A DNA stretch of 64,000 nucleotides from Bacteroidales bacterium (GCA_041662065.1 JBAZTE010000004.1:197620-261619), one strand, 5' to 3'. Positions 34,537 through 43,174 are shown, counted from the first letter of the stretch. The notes: generated by a model not told the origin, from the sequence alone. Program-made: numbers and translations.

Positions 34537-35592
34537 ATGCGGAAAATCGCCATTATCGGATCTCACGGAATATATGCCAATTATGGCGGTTGGGACGAAC
34601 TGGTCCGGAATCTTGCCGAACGGAAACCGGAAGATCTGCAATACATCATCTTTAATTCGGCCGGCTATCCTGCTCAAAAAGAACCTCCTGATGGAGTAAG
34701 CATCCGGCAGTTGAAATTCAGGGCCGATGGATACCAGGGTCTGTTTTACGATTTCTGGTCGATCCTGGTCTGCTGGCGGAAAGCAAATACCCTGCTGCTC
34801 CTGGGCGCCCAGGGAATTCCACTGGCCGCTTTTCTGCGCCTGTTTCGCAAATTCAGGATAGTCGCCAATGCCGGCGGATTCGAATGGGAGCGGCCGAAAT
34901 TCGGTTTTTTTCTTAAACGATATCTGAAGTGGTGTTTCAATCTGAGCATGCGATACGCCGATACTGTTATCCTGGATAACCCCCATTACCGGAATTTTCT
35001 ACCCGAAAAGGTGAAGGCTGATGTCAAAGTTATACCCTATGGCGGTGAAATCGATACCAGCCTGGAAGTGAATGAAGGATTACTCGAAAAATACCCGTTT
35101 CTGGACAAGCCCTATTTTCTATCGGTCAGCCGCCCATTAAAGGATAATCAGCTGGAGGAGCTGTGCAGCAGCTTTATTGGATCGGACCACACACTGGTGC
35201 TGATTTCGAATTTTTCCAGCACTCCCTACGGGATATCGGTATTGAAGAAGTACAGGAGTATCGGTAACCTGATACTGATCAACGGGCTCTATGTGAAGCC
35301 GGAACTCGACCTCATCCGCCGGAAATGCAAGGCCTATATCCATACCCATACACTCTGCGGAACCGCACCTTCATTGGTTGAGATGATAATCGCCCAAAGG
35401 CCGGTCCTTTCGGTCGATAACCCCCAAAACAGGAACACCCTTCGGGAGGAAGGGTTTTTCTATAAATCCTTTACACAGGTTCACGAATTGATTAACAACG
35501 ATTCCGATCTGTCGCGGTACATTCCCCCGAAAGAGCTCTGCGACCGGTATCAATGGAGTACTATCGTTGCTGAATATGAATCAACCTTCTGA
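34537..35592 (+). CDS. DUF1972-type GT4 glycosyltransferase
   Basis: N-terminal KIAIIGSHGIYANYGGWDELVRNLAE matches the DUF1972 pattern (IIG.RGIPA.YGGFET). Confidence 0.7.
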   Translation: MRKIAIIGSHGIYANYGGWDELVRNLAERKPEDLQYIIFNSAGYPAQKEPPDGVSIRQLKFRADGYQGLFYDFWSILVCWRKANTLLLLGAQGIPLAAFLRLFRKFRIVANAGGFEWERPKFGFFLKRYLKWCFNLSMRYADTVILDNPHYRNFLPEKVKADVKVIPYGGEIDTSLEVNEGLLEKYPFLDKPYFLSVSRPLKDNQLEELCSSFIGSDHTLVLISNFSSTPYGISVLKKYRSIGNLILINGLYVKPELDLIRRKCKAYIHTHTLCGTAPSLVEMIIAQRPVLSVDNPQNRNTLREEGFFYKSFTQVHELINNDSDLSRYIPPKELCDRYQWSTIVAEYESTF

Positions 35593-36628
35593 TAAAAAGA
35601 AAATCCTGATCACCGGCGCCTATGGTTTCGTTGGCACTAATCTTTTGAAGGAGTTATGCAATGATTATCAATTAATTGCCCTTGACCTGGAATCCACCTC
35701 ACCCCCAACCCCCTCTCCCGCGCTCCCTTCGGTCACGGGAGAGGGGAAGGAGCCCTATTCAGACTTCTTCTCTTGGCAGGATCTGGATTCCATCCCCTGG
35801 GATACCCTCGACACCATCATCCACCTGGCTGGAAAGGCCCACGATACACGAAACATTGCTGATGAAAAGGAGTACTTTGAAGTCAATGTCGGGCTGACGG
35901 AAAAAATCGCTGAACGGTTTCAAAACTCGACTGCCCGTAAACTGATCTGTTTCAGCTCAGTAAAAGCAGTCGCCGATTCTTTTCCGGAAGGATTCTTAAC
36001 CGAAGAGACAACCCCGGCTCCAACCACGCCATACGGCCGATCCAAACTCGCCGCCGAGAAAATACTTCTGCAACCCGCAACCCGCAACCAACAACCTGCA
36101 ACCTGCAACCTGCAACCTGCAACCAGCAACCAGCAACCTGCAACCCGCAACCTCCTCTACCTCCTCCGCCCCTGCATGATCCACGGCCCCGGCAACAAAG
36201 GCAACCTGAACGAACTCGTCCGGTTTGTAAAAACAGGACTTCCCTGGCCGCTGGGCGCTTTTGAAAACCAGCGTTCCTTCACTTCAATTGCCAATTTGGT
36301 TTTTGTAATCAGGCAACTGATCGATAAGGAGATAGAGCCGGGCATTTACCAGGTGGCCGACGATGAACCGCTTTCAACGAATGAATTGATCAGGATGATT
36401 GCGTACTCGATGGGTAAAAGAGCGCGGATAATGAAACTTCCACCGGGTTTGATCAGGGGGCTGGCCCGATTGGGCGACCGTTTACCTTTTCCCCTGAACA
36501 GTGAACGTCTGCAGAAACTCACTGAATCCTACCGGGTCTCGAATCAGAAACTGAAAAATGCCCTCGGCATCGAACGAATGCCCGTAACCGCTGCCGAGGG
36601 GATGAGAAATACTCTTAAAACATTTTAG
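35576..36628 (+). CDS. NAD-dependent epimerase/dehydratase with two in-frame repeat insertions
   Basis: ILITGAYGFVGTNL, YGRSKLAAE (YxxxK), LRPCMIHGPG. Precedes the initiating sugar transferase. Confidence 0.8.
   Translation: MNQPSDKKKILITGAYGFVGTNLLKELCNDYQLIALDLESTSPPTPSPALPSVTGEGKEPYSDFFSWQDLDSIPWDTLDTIIHLAGKAHDTRNIADEKEYFEVNVGLTEKIAERFQNSTARKLICFSSVKAVADSFPEGFLTEETTPAPTTPYGRSKLAAEKILLQPATRNQQPATCNLQPATSNQQPATRNLLYLLRPCMIHGPGNKGNLNELVRFVKTGLPWPLGAFENQRSFTSIANLVFVIRQLIDKEIEPGIYQVADDEPLSTNELIRMIAYSMGKRARIMKLPPGLIRGLARLGDRLPFPLNSERLQKLTESYRVSNQKLKNALGIERMPVTAAEGMRNTLKTF
35710..35746 (+). repeat. GC hairpin CCCCTCTCCCG-N15-CGGGAGAGGGG inside the epimerase CDS
   Basis: Perfect 11-bp stem. Translated as part of ..TPSPALPSVTGEGKE.. 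Confidence 0.75.
36069..36152 (+). repeat. GCAACCN array, exactly 12 units (84 nt = 28 codons), inside the epimerase CDS
   Basis: Units counted by hand. Read as LQPATRNQQPATCNLQPATSNQQPATRN. Confidence 0.9.
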
Positions 36629-37315
36629 ATGAAGAGGTCATTTGACATTGTAATAAGTTTTCTCGCGATGGTCGTGGCTCTTCCTTTCATGATCCCGGTG
36701 ATGATCATTCTTAAACTGACCGGAGAGCACTATGTGTTCTATCGCCAGGCACGGGTCGGGCAACACGGGAAGAGCTTCAGGATGTATAAATTCTCCACCA
36801 TGCTGCTTAAGAGCCCCGAACTGCTCAGTGGCGACATCACACTCAGGAAAGATCCGCGGGTACTGCCTTTCGGCCGCTTTCTGAGGATCACCAAGATCAA
36901 TGAGATCCCTCAACTGATCAATGTGTTTAAGGGAGATATGTCATTGGTGGGTCCGCGGCCGATGCCCCCGGCTAATTTCAGCTTTTATACCCCCGGGGCT
37001 CAGGCGATGATCCTGAAACTTCAGCCCGGCATGACGGGTGTCGGGACCATCATCTTCCGGGAGGAGGAAGAGATGCTGGCCTCCAGCCCGCTGGGCCCCG
37101 AAGAGACTCACCGCCAATGGATGAGCCCGCACAAGGCCCGCCTCGAAGAATGGTACCTGAACAATCGCTCGCTTTGGGTCGATCTGAAAATCCTGTTCCT
37201 GACCCTCTGGGTGATACCATTCAAGGACAGCGCGCTGCCGTACCGGGTACTGAAGGGGCTGCCAGAGTTTCCGGGGGAGCTGAGAAAGGCGGCTGGCAAT
37301 GGGCGTGGCAATTAG
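36629..37315 (+). CDS. initiating phosphoglycosyl (bacterial sugar) transferase, small PglC/WbaP-C-terminal type
   Basis: KRSFDIV.S......LPF, RVG..GK.F.MYKF.TM, DPRV..FGRFLR...I.E.PQL.NV..G.MSLVGPRP. Confidence 0.9.
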   Translation: MKRSFDIVISFLAMVVALPFMIPVMIILKLTGEHYVFYRQARVGQHGKSFRMYKFSTMLLKSPELLSGDITLRKDPRVLPFGRFLRITKINEIPQLINVFKGDMSLVGPRPMPPANFSFYTPGAQAMILKLQPGMTGVGTIIFREEEEMLASSPLGPEETHRQWMSPHKARLEEWYLNNRSLWVDLKILFLTLWVIPFKDSALPYRVLKGLPEFPGELRKAAGNGRGN

Positions 37316-37460
37316 AGGTTGCGATTGTTATGATGGTTGTGATTGTTATGATAGTTATGATGGTTATGATGGTATGACCCAACCACAACAACCACAACAA
37401 CCATAACCACCATAACAACCATAACCACCATAACAACCATAACCACCACAACAACCACAA
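37316..37460. repeat. roughly 145-nt imperfect hairpin built from opposed 9-mer arrays (GTTATGATG-like / CAACCATAA-like)
   Basis: Left arm of about 7 units (37316-37378), right arm of about 9 units (37380-37460). Starts right after the TAG stop and ends 9 nt before the next GTG start. Confidence 0.8.
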
Positions 37461-37469
37461 CTTCTCTCC

Positions 37470-38900
37470 GTGCTCTCCAAATACCTCTACAACCTCCTCT
37501 TCATCCTCAGTAACATCCTGTTCCCGGTAGTCACCTTTTCCTGGGCAGCGCGGGTTCTGGGGCCGGAAGGGATTGGAAAAGTGCAGGTGGTGCTCAATTT
37601 CGCCCAGTATTTTGTTCTGATCGCCGCCCTGGGAATACCGGCATACGGGATGAGGGAGGTGGCCAAAGTGGTTGGGGACCCTACCAAACTCTCCAGACTG
37701 TTTTCCGAACTTTTAGTGATCAACCTGTTGACGACATTCGTTCTTTGTACCATTTATTTTATTGTTATATCATCAATCGGGTGGTTTCAACCGGATATCC
37801 ATCTTTATTATTTAGGAGGTGCCCTCGTTCTATCCGGTTTTCTAACCATCGACTGGTTTTATACCGGATCGGAACAGTTCAGATACCTATCGCTGAGGTC
37901 AGTGATAATAAAATCAATTTCCCTTGTTGCCCTGATTCTATTTGTGAGAACACCGCATGACCTGATTATCTATCTGTTTATCAATGTTCTGGCTACCATT
38001 ACGACCAATTTATGGAATCTGTTGAACCTGCCGGTGAAAATAAAGATCAGGTTGCGGAAACTGGAGTTGCGAAAGCACATGCCGGGTCTGCTGATTCTCT
38101 TTGGAACTACCCTGGTAATCAGCATGTATACCGTTATGGATATTTTGTTACTGGGGTTCCTGACAGATAACCGGTCGGTGGGTTTCTACACGGCGGCTAT
38201 CAAGATCAGCAAGATCATGATTCCGCTGATTGCCTCACTGGGAGTGGTGCTGATACCGAAAATTACAAGGAGTCTGGCCGAAGACGATATGAAATCCCTG
38301 AACACATTGACCGGCCAATCCTTTGCTTTCATCTGTTTGCTGGGCGTGCCGGTTTCGGCAGGTTTGCTGGTGTTTGCGCCTGAGATCATGCTCCTCTTTT
38401 CAGGATCAGGATTTACTGAAGCGATACCTGTCATGCAGATGACGTCCGCACTGGCATTGATCATCGGACTCGGGCACTTGTTCGGCCTGCAACTTTTAGT
38501 CCCGGGAGGTTATGAAAAGAAGTACCTGTATGCCACGATTCTGGGCATGATTACCAGCCTGGTTATCAATCTTACACTAATCCCTGTTATCCGTGAGAAG
38601 GGAGCAGCATTGGCCATTGTCCTCAGTGAGGCAGTGGTAACCGGGATGGCCTGGTATTACGTAAAAAAACTTTTACCTCTGAAATTCAACTGGTCCCTGA
38701 TACTAAATGCCGTCCTGGCCTGCCTGGTTTTTATTCCGGTTGCCATTCTGTTACGGAAATTAATTCCCGGACCGGTTCTGCGATTGACATTGGCAGTAGT
38801 TGTTTCTGCCGGGTTCTATTTTCTGATCCAGATAGCGGTTTTCCGGGAAAAACATGTCCGGGAGGCGGCCCTCCTGCTGGTAAACAACTGGTTAAGATAA
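37470..38900 (+). CDS. wzx: Wzx-type flippase (copy 2)
   Basis: 476 aa, polytopic. The N-terminal pattern ..ILFPVVTFSWAARVLGPEGIGKV is typical of the polysaccharide-biosynthesis/MOP family. GTG start. Confidence 0.75.
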   Translation: MLSKYLYNLLFILSNILFPVVTFSWAARVLGPEGIGKVQVVLNFAQYFVLIAALGIPAYGMREVAKVVGDPTKLSRLFSELLVINLLTTFVLCTIYFIVISSIGWFQPDIHLYYLGGALVLSGFLTIDWFYTGSEQFRYLSLRSVIIKSISLVALILFVRTPHDLIIYLFINVLATITTNLWNLLNLPVKIKIRLRKLELRKHMPGLLILFGTTLVISMYTVMDILLLGFLTDNRSVGFYTAAIKISKIMIPLIASLGVVLIPKITRSLAEDDMKSLNTLTGQSFAFICLLGVPVSAGLLVFAPEIMLLFSGSGFTEAIPVMQMTSALALIIGLGHLFGLQLLVPGGYEKKYLYATILGMITSLVINLTLIPVIREKGAALAIVLSEAVVTGMAWYYVKKLLPLKFNWSLILNAVLACLVFIPVAILLRKLIPGPVLRLTLAVVVSAGFYFLIQIAVFREKHVREAALLLVNNWLR

Positions 38901-38904
38901 TCTG

Positions 38905-39900
38905 ATGATTCCGGACGTTTCGGTCATTATTGTCAATTTTAATACGGAGGATTACCTGGTTGAGTGCATCGGCTCGGTATTCGAACAGACCGGGAGCCGG
39001 CAAGTTGAAATTATCGTCGTGGATAATGCCTCCGACGTGGATCCCTCAGCAAAGATCACGGCTATTTATCCACACGTCAGGATGATCCGGAATACGATGA
39101 ACCGGGGATTCGGTGCCGCCAACAATACCGGCGCCGCTGAGGCAAGAGGGAAATTCCTGTTTTTTTTGAATCCGGATACCGTTCTGCTGAACGACAGTAT
39201 CGGGATCTTCCATCGATTTATGAATTCCGATAATAGAACTGACCGGGTGGTTGCTTGTGGGGGGAACCTGGTCAGATCGGACAAATCCCCGGCTCCTGCC
39301 TGGGGTAATCTTCCAACCCTCAGCTTGCTGTTCAGCGACTTGGGATTCAGAAAGTTATATAAAAATTATTATGAAAGCCGGTTGGCCACCAACGGTTACT
39401 GCAATTCTCAAGAAGACAGACCGGTACCATACATTGCCGGGGCCGACCTGTTCATACGGAAAGATATATTCCTCAAGCTAGGCGGATTCAGTGAACAGTA
39501 CTTCATGTATTTTGAGGATGCGGATCTCGGTTACCGGCTGAAACGGGAAGGATATAAAACATACCTGTTGCCGGAAGCTAAAATCCTTCATCATGAAAGT
39601 CTGAGTACCAGGAATGGCAACGGATTCAATTACCGGAAATATGAATTGCTGGAAAAAAGCAAATATCTCTATTTCAAAAAAAATCACGGTTTTATCGCGG
39701 CTCATGTCGCAAAAGATTTACAATTGATCTCTCTTCTTGTCTACGCTATTGCTCATCGTTTAGCTAACGTGCAACTTGCAACCAGCAACCCGCAACCAGC
39801 AACCCGCAACCCGCATCCTGTAACCCGCAACCCGCATCCTGTAACCAGCAACCCGCAACCCGCAACCCGCAACCTTTTGAAAATCACCCTCGATGCCTGA
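38905..39900 (+). CDS. GT2-family glycosyltransferase with a heptamer-array C-terminal tail
   Basis: VSVIIVNFNT, VVDNASDV, FLNPDT (DxD region), YFMYFEDADLGYR. Confidence 0.85.
   Translation: MIPDVSVIIVNFNTEDYLVECIGSVFEQTGSRQVEIIVVDNASDVDPSAKITAIYPHVRMIRNTMNRGFGAANNTGAAEARGKFLFFLNPDTVLLNDSIGIFHRFMNSDNRTDRVVACGGNLVRSDKSPAPAWGNLPTLSLLFSDLGFRKLYKNYYESRLATNGYCNSQEDRPVPYIAGADLFIRKDIFLKLGGFSEQYFMYFEDADLGYRLKREGYKTYLLPEAKILHHESLSTRNGNGFNYRKYELLEKSKYLYFKKNHGFIAAHVAKDLQLISLLVYAIAHRLANVQLATSNPQPATRNPHPVTRNPHPVTSNPQPATRNLLKITLDA
39770..39874 (+). repeat. GCAACCN array, exactly 15 units (105 nt = 35 codons), forming the GT2 C-terminus
   Basis: Units counted by hand, including the variants CGCATCC/TGTAACC. 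Read as (V)QLATSNPQPATRNPHPVTRNPHPVTSNPQPATRN. Confidence 0.9.
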
Positions 39901-41020
39901 TATCAGAGTCAAACGCATTCTTCTGATTTTCGGCACACGGCCCGAAGCAATCAAGATGGCCCCGCTGGTGATGGAGTTTGCCAGGCACAAAGATCTCTTT
40001 GAAACCCGGGTATGCGTTACGGCCCAGCACCGGCAGATGCTCGATCAGGTACTTGATTTTTTTCAGATCAACCCGGACTACGATCTCAACATCATGAAAA
40101 CGGATCAGGAGCCTGCAGACGTTGCAGCTTCCGTTTTAACCGCATTAAGGCCTGTTTTTAACGATTTCAAGCCCGATTATGTAATGGTCCAGGGTGATAC
40201 CACTTCAGCAGTCGCGGCTGCCCTGGCCGCTTTTTACGAGGGTATTCCGGTGTGCCATGTCGAGGCGGGTTTACGGACCCACACGAATAAATTGCCTTTC
40301 CCCGAGGAGATGAACCGTCAACTGATCAGCCGTATGGCGGATTGGAACTTTGCACCGACCGACACTTCCAAAGAAAACCTGACCCGGGAGAATATTCCGG
40401 AAACCACAATCCTTGTATCCGGGAATACCGTGGTTGATGCACTTTTGTGGACTTTAAAGCGAGCCGAGTCAGAAGCTGGAGAAGAGGTATCGGGTATCAG
40501 GTATCAGGTTTCGGGAAAACCGTTTATCCTTGTAACAGGACACAGAAGGGAGAATTTAGGAGAGGGCATCGACCATATCTGCGAGGTATTGGCCGAACTG
40601 GCGCGTACCAGCGAGTATGACATTGTTTACCCGGTGCATCTGAATCCTAAGGTTCATGACCCGGTTTATGCCCGCCTGCAAGGAATCGATGGGATTCATT
40701 TGATTCCACCTGTTTCCTATCCGGCCTTTGTCTGGTTGATGAAAGAATGCCTGTTCATACTAACCGACAGCGGAGGGATCCAGGAAGAGGCCCCCGCCCT
40801 CGGCAAACAGGTACTCGTTATGCGTGAAGCCACCGAACGGCCGGAAGCATTGGAAAGCGGAATGGTAAAGCTGATTGGAACCGACCCCCGGAGAATCATT
40901 TCGGAATGCCGTTCGCTCATCGGTGAACCAGATACCACCTTTGCGCAGTCCGCGGGAAGTAATCCTTTCGGAAACGGGGATGCGGCACGGAGAATCGTCA
41001 ATTTTATGATGGAACTATGA
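39893..41020 (+). CDS. wecB: UDP-N-acetylglucosamine 2-epimerase (non-hydrolysing type)
   Basis: ILLIFGTRPEAIKMAPLV, TAQHRQMLDQVL, VQGDTTS, HVEAGLRT, TDSGGIQEEAP. Confidence 0.9.
   Translation: MPDIRVKRILLIFGTRPEAIKMAPLVMEFARHKDLFETRVCVTAQHRQMLDQVLDFFQINPDYDLNIMKTDQEPADVAASVLTALRPVFNDFKPDYVMVQGDTTSAVAAALAAFYEGIPVCHVEAGLRTHTNKLPFPEEMNRQLISRMADWNFAPTDTSKENLTRENIPETTILVSGNTVVDALLWTLKRAESEAGEEVSGIRYQVSGKPFILVTGHRRENLGEGIDHICEVLAELARTSEYDIVYPVHLNPKVHDPVYARLQGIDGIHLIPPVSYPAFVWLMKECLFILTDSGGIQEEAPALGKQVLVMREATERPEALESGMVKLIGTDPRRIISECRSLIGEPDTTFAQSAGSNPFGNGDAARRIVNFMMEL
40486..40513 (+). repeat. heptamer array (GGTATCR)x4 inside wecB
   Basis: GGTATCG GGTATCA GGTATCA GGTTTCG is read as (E)VSGIRYQVSG. 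Confidence 0.8.
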
Positions 41021-42108
41021 GCTATATAGCTTTTGTCTCAACGTTTCCGAACGAAACGAATATGCGGGATGGTTATTTCCGGAGGGTCCATCATGTCGAC
41101 CAGGTATTCCGCGATGAAAACCGGATTCACCTGGACATCCGGTTTGGGAGAAACCTGGTAAAAAAGATCGATCGCAGGGACGACCGGATGAAGGTGATGC
41201 ATCTGAATGCCTTCCTCCATTTTTTCCTGATCTGGTCGGTATTGAAGAAATCAGGCGTTGTTTATATCCATTCCATAGCCAAGATTCCCTGCGTCCTCGT
41301 CCAGTTGATGATACTGAAACGCCGGGTCCCTCTGGTGCTTGATTTGCATGGGGTTATGGTGGATGAGCGGAGGCTGGCCGGGCATGCATTGGGGGCTCTT
41401 TTTTATTCGCAGGTTGAGAAGTTTTGTTTCCGCTGGTGCCGTTTAACGGTGAATGTTTCGGAGGTGATGAAGAATCATTTCCGCGATAAATACCCCGGAT
41501 ACAAAGGCGAGGCGCTGGTATTCCCTGCCAACTCAAACGAAACCGTCGACGTGAATGAGGATCCCATTGCACAGGAAGCCGTCAGCAGGCAATTGGGATT
41601 CAGTCCCGGAGATGTCATATTCCTTTACAGCGGCAATTGTCAGAAGTGGCAAAATGTGGACCTGATGATGGAGATCATCAAAAAGCATACAGCCGGCAAT
41701 TATAAATTCCTCATCCTGAGCGGACAGAAGAACCGGTTTGAAAAACTGATACACCACCACCGGATCAGCGAGGACTCCATCCGGGTACTTTCCGTCAAAC
41801 CCGAAGATCTGTGGAAATACTATCAGATCGCCCATTACGGGTTCATCCTGCGCGATGATATCCTGGTCAACCGGGTGGCTAATCCGACCAAGCTGGCCGA
41901 GTACCTGCAATACGGGATCACGCCGGTAGTCAAGCTCGCGGAGATCGGGGACTATGATCAGTATGGGTATGAATATATCCGCTTCAAGGACTTGAATATA
42001 GGACTGATTGCCAGAAAGAGCAGTAAAAATAGGGAGGTATACCGGCTTATCAACCAACAATACAGAAACGAAGTTGTCAGGGTGTCAGTACATAGGTTAC
42101 TTAGTTAG
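41017..42108 (+). CDS. probable GT-B fold glycosyltransferase
   Basis: 363 aa with a two-domain alpha/beta pattern (..VIFLYSGNCQKWQNVDLMMEII.., ..NPTKLAEYLQYGITPVV). Family not recognised with certainty. Confidence 0.45.
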   Translation: MSYIAFVSTFPNETNMRDGYFRRVHHVDQVFRDENRIHLDIRFGRNLVKKIDRRDDRMKVMHLNAFLHFFLIWSVLKKSGVVYIHSIAKIPCVLVQLMILKRRVPLVLDLHGVMVDERRLAGHALGALFYSQVEKFCFRWCRLTVNVSEVMKNHFRDKYPGYKGEALVFPANSNETVDVNEDPIAQEAVSRQLGFSPGDVIFLYSGNCQKWQNVDLMMEIIKKHTAGNYKFLILSGQKNRFEKLIHHHRISEDSIRVLSVKPEDLWKYYQIAHYGFILRDDILVNRVANPTKLAEYLQYGITPVVKLAEIGDYDQYGYEYIRFKDLNIGLIARKSSKNREVYRLINQQYRNEVVRVSVHRLLS

Positions 42109-42172
42109 GGGACAAAAGTCTCTTTTACAAAATACGTTGTAGCTCATTACATTAATAATTTTATAGAAAAAG

Positions 42173-43123
42173 ATGAAAAATCGATTTGGGCTGGTGGGCG
42201 CTGCGGGTTATATCGCGCCACGACATATGAAAGCCATTAAGGATACCGGTAATGATTTAGTTGCAGCTCTTGATCCTAACGATAGTGTTGGAATAATCGA
42301 CTCCTATTTCCCCAATACGGATTTTTTCATTGAACCTGAGAGGTTTGATAGACATTTATACAAATTGAGAAGGACTGGATATCCAATTGATTATATTTCA
42401 ATTTGCTCTCCTAATTATCTTCATGATGCACATATCAGGATGGTATTACGGAATGGTGCGAATGCTATTTGTGAGAAACCGATCGCGCTGAATCCCTGGA
42501 ATATCGACGCGCTACAGGAGGTTGAAGCGGATACAAAGCAACGAGTGTTCACCATGCTTCAACTCCGGCTTCATCCGGCTATCTTGAAGCTAAAAAAGGA
42601 GATTGAAGAATCCCCACATGATAAAGTCTTCGATGTTGACCTTCTCTACATCGCTTCGCGAGGAAAATGGTATCACTATTCCTGGAAAGGAGATGTCAAA
42701 AAATCTGGCGGGGTGGCAACCAATATCGGGGTTCATTTTTACGATATGCTGCATTTTGTTTTTGGCGAAGTGAAACTTAACGTGGTGCACTACCGTGACG
42801 ATCAAAAAGTGGCAGGATATTTGGAATATCAACGTGCACGAGTCCGGTGGTTCCTTTCAGTGGATGCCAACGACCTCCCTGAAAGCGCCCGCCTAAAAGG
42901 CCAGCGCACTCATCGGTCAATTATCATTGATGGACAGGAAATCGAGTTTTCGGATGGATTCACCGACTTGCACACCCGGGTGTATGAAGACATCCTTTCA
43001 GGGGGCGGTTTTGGACTAGAGACCAACCGGGTCGCCATTCAAACGGTATCGGATATCCGTAAAAAGACGCCAATAGGAATGAAGGGTGAGTATCATCCGC
43101 ATTTGAAGTTGATTTTACGATGA
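42173..43123 (+). CDS. Gfo/Idh/MocA oxidoreductase, WbpB/WlbA-like (UDP-GlcNAcA 3-oxidase type)
   Basis: FGLVGAAGYIAPRHMKAIKDTGN, ICSPNYLH, EKP.., and C-terminal FSDGFTDLHTRVYEDILSGGGFGLE, as I recall for WbpB homologues. Confidence 0.75.
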   Translation: MKNRFGLVGAAGYIAPRHMKAIKDTGNDLVAALDPNDSVGIIDSYFPNTDFFIEPERFDRHLYKLRRTGYPIDYISICSPNYLHDAHIRMVLRNGANAICEKPIALNPWNIDALQEVEADTKQRVFTMLQLRLHPAILKLKKEIEESPHDKVFDVDLLYIASRGKWYHYSWKGDVKKSGGVATNIGVHFYDMLHFVFGEVKLNVVHYRDDQKVAGYLEYQRARVRWFLSVDANDLPESARLKGQRTHRSIIIDGQEIEFSDGFTDLHTRVYEDILSGGGFGLETNRVAIQTVSDIRKKTPIGMKGEYHPHLKLILR

Positions 43124-43154
43124 GTGTCAGGATTTGCTAACATCCAGTATTATT

Positions 43155-43174
43155 CTGATTGTCTTGTCAATCAG
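43155..43174 (+). terminator. small hairpin CTGATTG-N6-CAATCAG followed by AAATTTT
   Basis: 7-bp stem, 32 nt after the stop at 43123. Weak. Confidence 0.3.

Noticed and set aside
35920-36184. Minus-strand ORFs translating as VAGCWLLVAGCRLQ.. (35920-36150, 35952-36143, 35996-36184), and similar ones at 25783-25998 and 39760-39990
   Set aside because: They are simply the stop-free heptamer arrays read on the opposite strand. They overlap well-supported plus-strand genes.
37117-37460. ORFs 37117-37377 (+) and 37221-37460 (-) with VMMVVIVM / WLLWWLW repeats
   Set aside because: They are translation artefacts of the 9-mer hairpin arrays, with no start context or family resemblance.
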